Of a DNA stretch of 64,000 nt, positions 10,598 to 21,217 are shown in pieces. How positions within the stretch are numbered: the first letter of the stretch is position 1; each line of letters opens with the position of its first letter. This DNA comes from Thermoplasmata archaeon (GTDB taxonomy: Archaea; Thermoplasmatota; Thermoplasmata; RBG-16-68-12; JAFNFQ01), in assembly GCA_041489255.1 (NCBI GenBank), contig JBGPQV010000001.1, positions 160,001 through 224,000 of the forward strand, read 5' to 3'. Both the position numbers and the translations under genes were made by a program. The notes beneath the pieces were generated by a model. That model was given only the letters and a program-made list of their open reading frames with translations, was not told where the DNA came from and did no database searches.

Positions 10598-11152
10598 CTA
10601 CTTCATTTCTGGCCGATCGTACTTCGGGTGCTCCTCCGTCAAGCCCGTGGACTTCTTGACGTTCAATGCCAACACATATAGGAGCGTGGAAACGCGGTTG
10701 AGGTACTCCAGGACGTGTTTGCTTAATTCCTGGTGTCGGGAGAGTGCGACCGCCGCCCTCTCTGCCCGGCGGGCAATGGCCCTGGCGAGCTGAAGGCATG
10801 CGACCTGCATCGACCCGCCAGGCAGGACGAACTCGCTCGCCGCTCCCGGACTCAACTTCTCGATATCTCGCTCGAGAGCTTTGACATGCCCCTCTGTCAC
10901 CTTCGGCAGCTTCAGCTCTTTGCCAGGCGCGACGGAAAGATCGGCCCCGACCGTGAACAAATCGTTCTGCACCCGATGAAGGGCTGCGGTGATGTCTCTA
11001 TCCTCTATCACCGCCATCGCGAGTCCGATTGCGGCGTTGAGTTCATCGACTTCGCCGAGAGCCGCGATCCTCAGATCGTCTTTGGGGACCCGCATCCCGC
11101 CCATGAGATCGGTCTCCCCCATGTCTCCTCGGCGCGTATATATCTTGGCCAT
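10598..11152 (-). CDS. Cob(I)alamin adenosyltransferase, PduO type
   Basis: KIYTRRGDMGET, GEVDELNA, FVLPGG, ARAIARRAER, YLNRVS. Confidence 0.93.
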   Translation of the reverse strand: MAKIYTRRGDMGETDLMGGMRVPKDDLRIAALGEVDELNAAIGLAMAVIEDRDITAALHRVQNDLFTVGADLSVAPGKELKLPKVTEGHVKALERDIEKLSPGAASEFVLPGGSMQVACLQLARAIARRAERAAVALSRHQELSKHVLEYLNRVSTLLYVLALNVKKSTGLTEEHPKYDRPEMK

Positions 11153-11194
11153 AGGTCCGGCGGGTTCATCGTCTACGGATTCATTAGGGTTTCT

Positions 11195-11950
11195 CTACCT
11201 CATGCGCTTGAAAGCCAAAGTCCCCACCACGATCATCACGACCGCAAATCCTATGATGACCGCGAAATCGAGTGGAAGCGGAATTGCCGAAGCCGTTCCG
11301 AGCTGGATCGACCGCAGCGCGTCGACCGCATAGGTCAGCGGGTCGAAGTAAGATACCGTCGTCAGCCAGGCCGGCACTTTGTCGCCACTGAGCGGATAAA
11401 GGGCGCCGGACAGGAAGAAAAGCGGGAAGACGAGGAAGCTGATTATCACCTGGAACCCCTCCAAGCTCTCAAAGAAAGAGCCGATTGTCAGACCGACCGA
11501 AACCATCCCAATGGCCACCAGCAAGGCTATGCCCAGTGCTGCAACGACCGTTACCGCGGACATTGGCGCGAAGAAGACGCCGATGACCAAGAAAACGCAA
11601 ACCTGCAGGATGACATCGGTGCAGCCGCCGAGAACCTTGCCGAAGAAGATGGCCGTCCTCGGCACGGGCGAGACCAGCACCTCCTTGAGCACGTCTATCT
11701 TCCTGTCCCAGACTATGTAGAGGCCGAAGAAGACCGAGGAGAACAAGGCGAGCATCATCACGATTCCGGGGAACATGAACGCCTGATAGCTGAAGCCCTC
11801 AGGACTGAACGAGCCGCCAAGACCGCCCCCGACGATGACCATCCACATGAGCGGCGTGACTATGCTCGATATCACTCTGGATTTCTCTCTCTGGAAGACT
11901 TTGAACTCCCTCAGCCAGATCCCGTAGATGCCCCCGAGAACCCCTGGCAT
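11195..11950 (-). CDS. ABC-2 type exporter permease
   Basis: Six TMs; FFLSGALYP and DPLTYAVDALR motifs. Confidence 0.9.
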   Translation of the reverse strand: MPGVLGGIYGIWLREFKVFQREKSRVISSIVTPLMWMVIVGGGLGGSFSPEGFSYQAFMFPGIVMMLALFSSVFFGLYIVWDRKIDVLKEVLVSPVPRTAIFFGKVLGGCTDVILQVCVFLVIGVFFAPMSAVTVVAALGIALLVAIGMVSVGLTIGSFFESLEGFQVIISFLVFPLFFLSGALYPLSGDKVPAWLTTVSYFDPLTYAVDALRSIQLGTASAIPLPLDFAVIIGFAVVMIVVGTLAFKRMR

Positions 11951-11951
11951 C

Positions 11952-12923
11952 TTATCTCCCCCCTGCTTGATGCCGCCAGGCGGCCTCCGCCCAACCTTCG
12001 TCGGTATCCTCCTCTCTGATTGCCCGCCCCGTGTATTTCAGAAATACGTCGTTGAGCGTCGGCGTTCTGACCTCCACGGCTTCCACATTCTTGAACAGCG
12101 AGAGTATCTCCTTCAGATGCACTGCCGCGTTTTCGACAGTCAGGCCGACCTGCCCGTCCTTCACCTCGACATTCTTGACATAGGAGAGTCCTTCCAGCAC
12201 CTTGAGGTCTGGATCCTTGATTTTCAGGCACACTAGATCCCCGCCAAGGCGGCGCTCAAGGTTGTCCGGTGTGTCGAGGGCGATGACCTTTCCGTGATCG
12301 ATTATGCCGATGCGGTCGCAGACGTTGTCGGCTTCATCCATATAATGGGTCGTGAGGACTATCGTGGTCTGCTCCTGCTGCGCCATCGCCTTGATGTACC
12401 GCCACGTTAGCTCCCTCGTCTGAGGGTCGAGCCCCAGGGTCGGCTCGTCGAGGAACAGCACGGCGGGGCGATGGAGCAGACCCCTCGCCAGCTCGAGCCG
12501 CCTCCTCATCCCTCCGGAATAGTGCTTGACAATGTTGTCCGCCCTGTCCTCAAGATCCATGAGGGCTAGGAGTTCGGCAATCCGCTTCTTCCAGACCACT
12601 TTGGGGACGTTGTAGAGGCGCGCGTGCAGCTCGAGGTTCTCGCGGCCCGTCAGAATCGTGTCCAGGCTCGGGTCCTGGAAGACTATCCCCACAGATTGCC
12701 TGACCTTCGCGGGCTGAGCGCGTATGTCGAAACCGTTGACCTTGGCAGTACCCGAGGTTGGCGGGAGCAGGGTGACGAGCATGTTTATCGTCGTGGTCTT
12801 GCCAGCGCCGTTCGGTCCAAGCAGCCCGAAAATCTCTCCTCGCTCCACGTTGAAGCTCACGGAATCGACTGCCGTCAGGTCTCCGAACTTCCTGCTCAAT
12901 CTGTCGGTCTCAATCATTGCCAT
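11952..12923 (-). CDS. ABC exporter ATPase (DrrA-like)
   Basis: GPNGAGKTT, YSGGMRRR, LDEPTLGLD, TTHYMDEA, C-terminal PTLNDVFL. Confidence 0.93.
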   Translation of the reverse strand: MAMIETDRLSRKFGDLTAVDSVSFNVERGEIFGLLGPNGAGKTTTINMLVTLLPPTSGTAKVNGFDIRAQPAKVRQSVGIVFQDPSLDTILTGRENLELHARLYNVPKVVWKKRIAELLALMDLEDRADNIVKHYSGGMRRRLELARGLLHRPAVLFLDEPTLGLDPQTRELTWRYIKAMAQQEQTTIVLTTHYMDEADNVCDRIGIIDHGKVIALDTPDNLERRLGGDLVCLKIKDPDLKVLEGLSYVKNVEVKDGQVGLTVENAAVHLKEILSLFKNVEAVEVRTPTLNDVFLKYTGRAIREEDTDEGWAEAAWRHQAGGR

Positions 12924-13171
12924 GGTTCGGCCTCTTGACTGGTCACGTGAGTCGGGAGACTCAGCGGGACGTGCCTATCCTTTCCAGCAGACCTGCGTAG
13001 GTCTAAAGGTTGTTCTTTTCGAGTTTGAGAATGGGTTGTTCCACACTTGTGCCAAAATGGGGATATAAGCACGCCTCAATCGGTCTATGGGGAAGCCGCA
13101 ATCATTTCACCAGTGATTGCAGCAGAGGAGTGGCGACTCAGGTCGTCTCTTCGCCCTGGGTGAGTGGAGCA

Positions 13172-16100
13172 TTGGTAAAAATCGGAGCCAAGACAGTGCG
13201 GCAGGTCCTCTCCCGCCGCGTGACGAGTGCCATAGTTGCGACTGCAATACTTGCGAGTGCATTCACGGCACTGGCGATAACCCAGAACCAGAACGCACCG
13301 CAATCTAGCCCGCCAGGGAGCCTCCCGACGGCGATAATAGTCTCGCCTTGGGCGGTACTCGATCCCTCGACGAGCGCCAACGACAAAGATGGATTCCCGC
13401 CGACACAATCCCAAGCGGACCCGGAGGAGGCTTTCCTTTTGGGGAAGATAACCACCACCGAGGTCATATACAGCCCATCCGCCACGGTGCTTGACTACAA
13501 TTACGACAGCGTCAATGACCTGATCGTGGACGATGATACACCGAGGAATCTGGACGCGCTTGACGGGTTGAACGATGGCCAGCTGGCTGTCGGCACCTAC
13601 TATATCTATTGGAATCTGAACAAGACCGGCTATGTCCCGGTAAACACCACGCCCGGTTCCGACTACAACGGCTCGAACTCCGCTTCGCTCTCACTCGTGA
13701 ACGACATGGAGCAGTTCCAGCTGCAGCTGAATTTCAGCACGACCGAGGGCGGTTCAATGCAGACCATCACTTCCGACCTCTATACAATCGAGATGGGAAA
13801 GACATCGTCCATCGGGCAGAACGACCTCGACTGGATCGACACGGAGCCCAAGGTTGTGATTGCGGAGACTGGGGATTTATTCCACGTGCGCAGCAAGTAC
13901 CAGCAATCCAGCGCACAGGGTCTGGATTGGTTCATACTCCAGTGCTATTTCAATGGAGTCAGCATCAGGATGAGATCGGTTTCCATGTATTTCTATGACA
14001 ATTTCGATCCAGGCAGCATAGTCAATGGGGTTCCTCCTGGCTACAGCAAGTACTGGACTGACAAGCAGCAGTACACCGGCTCGGATCTTGGCGACACCAC
14101 CAACAAGGACTTCTGGGTGACAGACTACACGTTCGAAGTGAGGGAGAAAGGTTTCAGTGAAGTCATTCCCTACATACAGACGAAGAAGGGCGGTGACACT
14201 TGGAAGGTCGACACCGGATACAGGAACTTCCAGAGCCACGTGCCTGGGGGAGTCAACCCGGCGGTCCTCGACATCTCGAAGTACTTCTCCGAGAGCTTTC
14301 CGGGCGGAGTCGTGAGCGGCCCCAACCCGCCAATTGTTGGCGAGACCACCGTCTACGAGATTAGCATCAATGTCGCCAACACGGGTGCGGACACCGCAAC
14401 CAACGTTGTCGTGACTGACACGGCGCAGCTCAGCGACGTCACTTGGCTCGGCATATACACCGTCAGCCAAGGATCGCTGTCTTTCAACCCATTCACCGGC
14501 AAGATTACGTGGAGCGTCGGGATGTTGGCACCGAATGCGAGCGCGACCCTGGACTATCAGGTGTCCGTGCTCCCAGGACCCGAGAAGGCGGGTCAGACCA
14601 TCATGCTCAATGCCGGCGCCTACGCGACAGGGAAGAGCAAGACATCAGGCACGACAATCTCCGATGGCCCCACGCCGCCGCTCTACACTGAGCCTGTTGT
14701 TGGCCTCCCTCAATTGACCTTCACCAAGACCGCCGACCAGGATACGGCCGATCCTGGCGACCAAATCACCTACACCCTGCACTATGCAAACACTGGCAGC
14801 AGCATTGCTTATGACGTGGAAATCCAAGACACCATCCCCGATCACGCGACCTACGTTAGCTCCTCCCCACCGTACAGCACCGTCAGCGGGAAGGTTTACA
14901 CGTGGAACATCGGCGACGTCAACGCAGGTGCATCAGGAGAAGTGACCATTACCGTCCAGGTCGACGCTGGGACGCCCGACGGCACCGTGCTGGCCAACCT
15001 TGGCACCGTGAAGTACAATGGCCCCGGTGGCCCTGAACCGCCAGTCGACGATTGGAAGAATATCACGGTGACCGCGCCGGTCATATCTTTCAGCAAGACC
15101 GCAGATGTCACGACGGCGGACCCCGGAGACCTCATCATCTATACTCTTGCATATCACAATGCCGGGAACGGCACTGCGACGGGCGTCGTCATTGTCGACA
15201 CGATCCCCGAATACACCACATTCATCTCCTCAACCCCGTCACCGAACAGCGTCAACGGACGCATCTACACATACGATATCGGTTCGGTTCCCGCTGAGAC
15301 GAGCGGCACCGTGGTGATAACGGTGATAGTGAACGCGGGCACCCCTGACGGCACAATCTTGGAAAACGTGGCGGTGATGAACTACGACGATGCGAACGGC
15401 AATCCATATCCAGAGGAACCGGGCACCGCGACCACGACTGTCACCGCGCCTGTCATGACATTCGACAAGAGTGCCGATGTCGCGACTGCGAACCCCGGAG
15501 ACCAGATAACCTACACTCTGAGCTATCACAATACCGGCAGCGGCACAGCGACCGGAGTCGTGATTCAAGACACCATTCCAGAGCATGTGACCTTCATCTC
15601 GTCCACACCGTCCCCGAGCAGCATCAGCGGACGCGTGTATACCTATAGCATCGGCTCGGTCGCTGGCGGAGCCAGTGGCACAGTCACCATAGTGGTGAAG
15701 GTAAACGCCTTCGTGCCAGACGGCACCCAGCTGGTCAATGTGGCCACATTCAACTACGATGATGCAAACGGCAACCCCTACCCGGAGAAGTCAGACAGTG
15801 CGACCACGACTGTTATCGCACCCGTGATGACCTTCACGAAGACCGCGAGTGCCGAATATGCGGACCCGGGTGACGAGGTCACGTACACTTTGGCTTATGA
15901 AAACACAGGGACAGGCTGGGCAACCGAAGTGGTTGTGACTGATACGATTCCTGACCACGTGACCTATGTCAGTTCCTCACCCGGATACGACTCCGTGAGT
16001 GGCAGGACATACACTTGGATTGTAGGCGATGTCGGCCCGGGCGATGACGGGACCATCACAATAACGGTTGAGATCAACGCGGGGACGCCTGATCAGACCG

Positions 16101-19100
16101 GGCTCACCGACCATGCGACTCTCGATTATGCGGACGCGAACGGCAACATCTATCCGCAGATGACCGACTGCGCGACCACGACAGTCACCGCGCCGGTGAT
16201 GACTTTCACGAAGAGTGCAGATGTCAGCGAAGCAGATCCTGGCGACATCGTCACTTACACACTGCATTACAAGAACACAGGGACGGGAGTTGCCACAGGT
16301 GTGGTCGTCAAGGATACGATTTCATCCTATACGACCTTCTATGATGCGAACCCGTGGTACAGCAGCGTCAACGGGCGCACCTACACGTGGAATGTGGGGA
16401 CAGTCCCTGCCGGGGCTGAGGGGAACATTGCCCTCAAGGTGAAAGTGAACGCTGGTATTCCAGACGGCACCCAGATTCTCAACACAGCTACGCTTGACTA
16501 TGATGACGCAAACGGGAATCCGGACAACCAGCTGTCGGACGATGTGACCGTGACTGTCACAGCCCCTGTCATGTCTTTCAACAAGGCGGCGGATGTCCAG
16601 TACGCCGATCCTGGCGACACGATCACCTATACGCTGACCTATAGCAACGATGGAACTGGATGGGCTACCGGGGTGGTTGTAAGCGACACGATCCCTGAGC
16701 ACGTCACGTTCCAGACCGCCAATCCATGGTACACGAGCGTCAGCGGCATGACATATTCGTGGGACATTGGTGATGTCGCGCCTGAAAGCTCAGGCACGAT
16801 AACGATCGCCGTCAAAGTCGACATAGGAGTCACTGACCGGGCCATCCTCACGAACACCGCCACGCTCGACCACGATGACGCGAACGGGAACCCCGGCAGC
16901 CAGCTCTCTGACTGCGCGTCCACGACCGTGACCGCCCCCGTCATGACGTTCAGCAAGTCGTCCGACGTGGCATTCGCGGACCCCGGCGACTACATACAGT
17001 ACACCCTGACGTACGAGAACATCGGGACGGGAGAGGCGACCGGCGTAATCGTGAAGGACACGATACCTGATGGTGTCGCATTCATATCATCGTCGCCATC
17101 CTACGATGTCGTGAACGGCAAGACTTACGAGTGGGACATCGGGACGGTTGACGCTGGGGTCACCGGCACGATAACGATCACCGTTCAGGTGGACGTTGGA
17201 ATGGCCGACGAGACCGCGCTGACCAATGTCGCGACCTTCGACTATGCCGACGCAAACGGGAATCACTACTCGCAGATGAGCGATGACGCGACCACAGCCG
17301 TGACCGCGCCTGTGATGTCGTTCTCGAAGGAGGCCGACGTCGAATTGGCCAACCCCGGCGATACCGTGACGTACACTCTCACCTACAAGAACACGGGCAC
17401 CGGCATGGCGAGTCTCGTCGTCCTCGTGGACTACCTGCCCACGCATATGACATTCTCTGATGCGACGCCCTACCCAGACTCGATATCGGGAAACACGATA
17501 ACCTGGGACATTGGCGACGTCGCCCCCGGCGCGACCGAGACGGTCGTATTGCGGGCGACTGTGGACGCTGGGACGCCGGATGGATCCCTCCTCCACAACG
17601 TGGCGACGTTCGACTATGCGGACGCCAACGGCAACTCCTACCCGCAGCTGAGCGATTCCTTTGACGTCGAGACGAGTGCGCCTGTCATGAGTTTCATGAA
17701 GAGCGCCGATGTCACCACGGCCGATCCGGGAGACCAGATCGTCTACACGTTGCATTACGAGAACAGCGGCAGCGGCGCGGCGACCTCGGTCGTTATCATG
17801 GATACCCTGCCTGAGCACGTGGCGTTCGTCACGGCGAGCCCATACCCCGACTCCATCTCAGGCAGGGTCCTGACATGGGATGTCGGGACCGTCGGAGCGC
17901 ACACGTCCGGCGACATCACAATCACCGTGACGGTCGACATCGGCACCCCGGATGGCACATTCCTGGTCAACACCGCCACGCTCAACTACGACGACGTGAA
18001 CGGGAATGAGTACGAGCAGTTGCCGGGCGAGGCCCAGGTCACCGTCACCGCGCCAATCCTCCACGTCAACAAGGTCGCGGACGTGACCGAGGCGGACCCG
18101 GGTGACTACATCACCTACACCATCACGTACTACGACAGCGGGAGCGGCATCGCGACAGGCGTCGTGATCACCGACACCATCCCCGAGCATGTCACGTTCG
18201 TGAGCTCGACGCCCTCATATGACCAGGTGAACGGAAGGACGTATGAGTGGGACATCGGGACAGTTCTCGGCAACGGGAACGGCGGGAGCATAATCATCGT
18301 CGTGCAGATCGAAGCTGGCACACCCGATGCGACCCTGCTGCACAACGCTGCAACGCTGGACTATGCTGACGCGAACGGCAACTGTTACAATCAGCTGAGC
18401 GATGATGCGGACACAACCGTCACCGCCCCGGTCGTTGACCTGACGAAGACCGCTGATGTCGAATACGCCGACCCCGGCGATCAGATCACTTACACAGTCA
18501 CATTCACGAACTCCGGTAGCGGGAGCGCGACAGACATCTACATATCCGACACAATCCCGGAGCATGTTGCCTTCATCTCGTCGAATCTGGAGTATTCGAG
18601 CGTGAGCGGCAGGACATACACCTGGTACCGAGGATCCCTCGGTCCGGGTGAGAGCATCACGATTATCATCGTGGTGGAAGTCGACGCGTATACACCCGAC
18701 CAGACGCTGCTGCACAACTCTGCGACGGCAGACTACGACGATGACAACGGAAACCCGTACCCGCAGCTCGTTGCCTACGCGGATGTCGTTTGCACCGCGC
18801 CCGACTTCACCTTCTACAAGGTGGCCGATGTCGACAACGCGGACCCGGGAGACGAGATCACATACACGCTCGACTGGCAAAACTTCGGAACAGGATGGGC
18901 CTCAGGAGTCGTGATACAGGATACTCTGCCGAACGGTGCGCAGTTCGTTTCCTCTTCCCCGACCTATACCGACGTGAACGGCAACGTCTACACATGGGAC
19001 TTGGGGGATGTGGGGCCGGGCGAGTATGGCCAGATAATCATAACGGTGAGTGTTGAAGTTGGCCTGCCCGACAAGACGATATTGCACAACGTTGCCATCG

Positions 19101-21202
19101 TTGAATACGCAGATGCGAACGGGAACGTCTACCCGCCGATCAGCGACTACGCAGATGTTCAGGTCACAGCGCCCGTCCTCAGCTTTGAGAAGATCGGCGA
19201 CATGACGACCGCAAACCCCGGCGACCATATCACATATCAACTATGCTACGAGAACAGCGGCACAGGCACGGCGACAGGCGTCGTCGTGAGCGACTCGATG
19301 CCCAACCACGTGACATTCTACGACTCCACTCCATTGCCAGATGACCAGATCGGCGCGACACTGTATTGGTACATCGGCAACGTCGGCGGCGGTGGTGGCG
19401 GCTGCATATCTCTCGTCGTGCAAGTCGAGCCCGGCACCGCTGATAGGACCCTCCTGCACAACACTGCCGATCTCAGCTATTCCGACGCCAATGGCAACCA
19501 GTACCCGCAGATGGGCGGCTATTGGGATGTCCGTGTAACCGCACCAGTGATGACCTTTGCCAAGTCCGTAGATGTCGACAAAGCGGATCCCGGCGACTAC
19601 ATCACCTACTCCCTGTACTACGAGAACACCGGAACTGGATACGCGAGCGGGGTGATTATTGCGGACACTCTGCCCGCAGACGTCACCCTCATCTCTACCT
19701 CGATCGAGCCGACCTCGATAATCGGACAGGACTTGACCTGGGACATCGGGACCGTTGCGCCGTCGACCAGCCTGAGCATCACGGTCGTCGTCATGGTCAA
19801 CGTGGGCACGGCGGACCAGACGCCGCTGCACAATGCCGCGACGCTCGACTATTCCGACGCCAATGGGAACTTCGTCGAGCAGTTGAACGGATACGCGGAT
19901 TCGGCTGTCACGGCTCCTGTGATGACCCTCAAGAAGACCGCGGGGAACATCACATACGGGGCGTTCGTTTGGGCGAACTTCACGATCCGGATAGCGGGCG
20001 AGAAGTGGCACGATGTTCGCCTTTCACTCTACGATGGCAGCGTGTGGACAGAGGTAGCTTCAGTCACGCGATATCCTGGCTCGCCAGACGATCAATCTGT
20101 AACGGTGTACAACGTCAGGGTATACGTTCTCAAGCCGTTCGCGGCCCGAATCATATACACGCCGATAGATGACCCGATAAACGGACAATGGTGGGGTGAC
20201 GACCCCTGCTGGCTCATCCTTACCTTCAGGGACGGAGACACCAAGAGACTATTCCACAACTTCAATGTGAGGCACGAGGACACCTGGATATGGGAAATCC
20301 CCGACTTCCTACCGTACGTCAAGAACGAACCGATCACGTTTGACGCCACAATCCCATACACGATCTTCTACGAGAACATCGGGACCGGCGACGCCACCAA
20401 TGTGGTCCTCAGCGACATCCTGCCGGCAGGCGCGATGGTGCTGAATTCAAGCCCAGCTTATGATTCGTGCAGCAACGATGCGTGCATGTGGTACATCGGA
20501 TATGTCGCTGCCGGAGGAATGGGTTTCATGTTCATGAATATCAGCTACGTCTTCGAGGTCAACGACACAGTGGTGACCAACAAGGTTACACTGGACTACT
20601 CGGACGCCAACGGCAACTTCATCGAACAACTGCAGACCTTCATCGATTCCGTCCTCGTAGCCCCTGAAATCGACGGCATCAAGGACATCAACCCGATCAA
20701 TGACGACCTAAATGCCGCTCCCGGCACTGTACCAGCCAATCCAGAAGTCGAACCCATTAACGGAGCACTCCTGAAACCAACGCCGGCGGTGAGCCCGCGC
20801 AGCGAGCCGCCCAAGCCAATCAGTGACGGCAGTCTGATTCAGACTGGCTTCGGCGACGGCGGCATCCAGTATCGCGACGTCGGAGCGGCACGCCACATCC
20901 TGAACCCAACAATCTCCACCTCGCTCGACACACCAAGCGAATGCACGGATGAGAGCGCCAAGTCTCTTCCGGATGAACCGCAATCGGACACCGCTGGCAC
21001 GCGGGAAATAACGGTTGATGATAAGGTCCAACCCGCAATCGACGCGAAAGCTTCCTTGAACGCGATGGAATCTGATCCGGCTGAGGTTACGATCTCACCT
21101 GCCTCTGCCGATCCGGCATCCTTACCGACATCAAGCTCGACCCCACAAGCCTGCGCCTTCGCAATCACGGGAAGATCGGCTTGGGGGAGAGACGGAGAGT
21201 AG
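13172..21202 (+). CDS. Giant secreted/surface protein with 16 DUF11 (isopeptide-type Ig) repeats
   Basis: Signal/anchor RRVTSAIVATAILASAFTALA; ~124-aa repeats FxKTAD...ADPGD.ITYT..Y.N.G.G.ATGVV..DTIP...LHN.ATLDY.DANGN; TTG start at 13172 is inferred (ORF is open from 13010). Confidence 0.88.
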   Translation: MVKIGAKTVRQVLSRRVTSAIVATAILASAFTALAITQNQNAPQSSPPGSLPTAIIVSPWAVLDPSTSANDKDGFPPTQSQADPEEAFLLGKITTTEVIYSPSATVLDYNYDSVNDLIVDDDTPRNLDALDGLNDGQLAVGTYYIYWNLNKTGYVPVNTTPGSDYNGSNSASLSLVNDMEQFQLQLNFSTTEGGSMQTITSDLYTIEMGKTSSIGQNDLDWIDTEPKVVIAETGDLFHVRSKYQQSSAQGLDWFILQCYFNGVSIRMRSVSMYFYDNFDPGSIVNGVPPGYSKYWTDKQQYTGSDLGDTTNKDFWVTDYTFEVREKGFSEVIPYIQTKKGGDTWKVDTGYRNFQSHVPGGVNPAVLDISKYFSESFPGGVVSGPNPPIVGETTVYEISINVANTGADTATNVVVTDTAQLSDVTWLGIYTVSQGSLSFNPFTGKITWSVGMLAPNASATLDYQVSVLPGPEKAGQTIMLNAGAYATGKSKTSGTTISDGPTPPLYTEPVVGLPQLTFTKTADQDTADPGDQITYTLHYANTGSSIAYDVEIQDTIPDHATYVSSSPPYSTVSGKVYTWNIGDVNAGASGEVTITVQVDAGTPDGTVLANLGTVKYNGPGGPEPPVDDWKNITVTAPVISFSKTADVTTADPGDLIIYTLAYHNAGNGTATGVVIVDTIPEYTTFISSTPSPNSVNGRIYTYDIGSVPAETSGTVVITVIVNAGTPDGTILENVAVMNYDDANGNPYPEEPGTATTTVTAPVMTFDKSADVATANPGDQITYTLSYHNTGSGTATGVVIQDTIPEHVTFISSTPSPSSISGRVYTYSIGSVAGGASGTVTIVVKVNAFVPDGTQLVNVATFNYDDANGNPYPEKSDSATTTVIAPVMTFTKTASAEYADPGDEVTYTLAYENTGTGWATEVVVTDTIPDHVTYVSSSPGYDSVSGRTYTWIVGDVGPGDDGTITITVEINAGTPDQTGLTDHATLDYADANGNIYPQMTDCATTTVTAPVMTFTKSADVSEADPGDIVTYTLHYKNTGTGVATGVVVKDTISSYTTFYDANPWYSSVNGRTYTWNVGTVPAGAEGNIALKVKVNAGIPDGTQILNTATLDYDDANGNPDNQLSDDVTVTVTAPVMSFNKAADVQYADPGDTITYTLTYSNDGTGWATGVVVSDTIPEHVTFQTANPWYTSVSGMTYSWDIGDVAPESSGTITIAVKVDIGVTDRAILTNTATLDHDDANGNPGSQLSDCASTTVTAPVMTFSKSSDVAFADPGDYIQYTLTYENIGTGEATGVIVKDTIPDGVAFISSSPSYDVVNGKTYEWDIGTVDAGVTGTITITVQVDVGMADETALTNVATFDYADANGNHYSQMSDDATTAVTAPVMSFSKEADVELANPGDTVTYTLTYKNTGTGMASLVVLVDYLPTHMTFSDATPYPDSISGNTITWDIGDVAPGATETVVLRATVDAGTPDGSLLHNVATFDYADANGNSYPQLSDSFDVETSAPVMSFMKSADVTTADPGDQIVYTLHYENSGSGAATSVVIMDTLPEHVAFVTASPYPDSISGRVLTWDVGTVGAHTSGDITITVTVDIGTPDGTFLVNTATLNYDDVNGNEYEQLPGEAQVTVTAPILHVNKVADVTEADPGDYITYTITYYDSGSGIATGVVITDTIPEHVTFVSSTPSYDQVNGRTYEWDIGTVLGNGNGGSIIIVVQIEAGTPDATLLHNAATLDYADANGNCYNQLSDDADTTVTAPVVDLTKTADVEYADPGDQITYTVTFTNSGSGSATDIYISDTIPEHVAFISSNLEYSSVSGRTYTWYRGSLGPGESITIIIVVEVDAYTPDQTLLHNSATADYDDDNGNPYPQLVAYADVVCTAPDFTFYKVADVDNADPGDEITYTLDWQNFGTGWASGVVIQDTLPNGAQFVSSSPTYTDVNGNVYTWDLGDVGPGEYGQIIITVSVEVGLPDKTILHNVAIVEYADANGNVYPPISDYADVQVTAPVLSFEKIGDMTTANPGDHITYQLCYENSGTGTATGVVVSDSMPNHVTFYDSTPLPDDQIGATLYWYIGNVGGGGGGCISLVVQVEPGTADRTLLHNTADLSYSDANGNQYPQMGGYWDVRVTAPVMTFAKSVDVDKADPGDYITYSLYYENTGTGYASGVIIADTLPADVTLISTSIEPTSIIGQDLTWDIGTVAPSTSLSITVVVMVNVGTADQTPLHNAATLDYSDANGNFVEQLNGYADSAVTAPVMTLKKTAGNITYGAFVWANFTIRIAGEKWHDVRLSLYDGSVWTEVASVTRYPGSPDDQSVTVYNVRVYVLKPFAARIIYTPIDDPINGQWWGDDPCWLILTFRDGDTKRLFHNFNVRHEDTWIWEIPDFLPYVKNEPITFDATIPYTIFYENIGTGDATNVVLSDILPAGAMVLNSSPAYDSCSNDACMWYIGYVAAGGMGFMFMNISYVFEVNDTVVTNKVTLDYSDANGNFIEQLQTFIDSVLVAPEIDGIKDINPINDDLNAAPGTVPANPEVEPINGALLKPTPAVSPRSEPPKPISDGSLIQTGFGDGGIQYRDVGAARHILNPTISTSLDTPSECTDESAKSLPDEPQSDTAGTREITVDDKVQPAIDAKASLNAMESDPAEVTISPASADPASLPTSSSTPQACAFAITGRSAWGRDGE
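14700..20660 (+). repeat. Intragenic tandem domain repeats, ~372-nt period
   Basis: Recurring gacgc(g/c/a)aacggcaac and gaccc(c/g/t)ggcgac motifs at ~372-nt spacing. Confidence 0.9.
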
Positions 21203-21217
21203 ACCTCCCTCTCTCTC

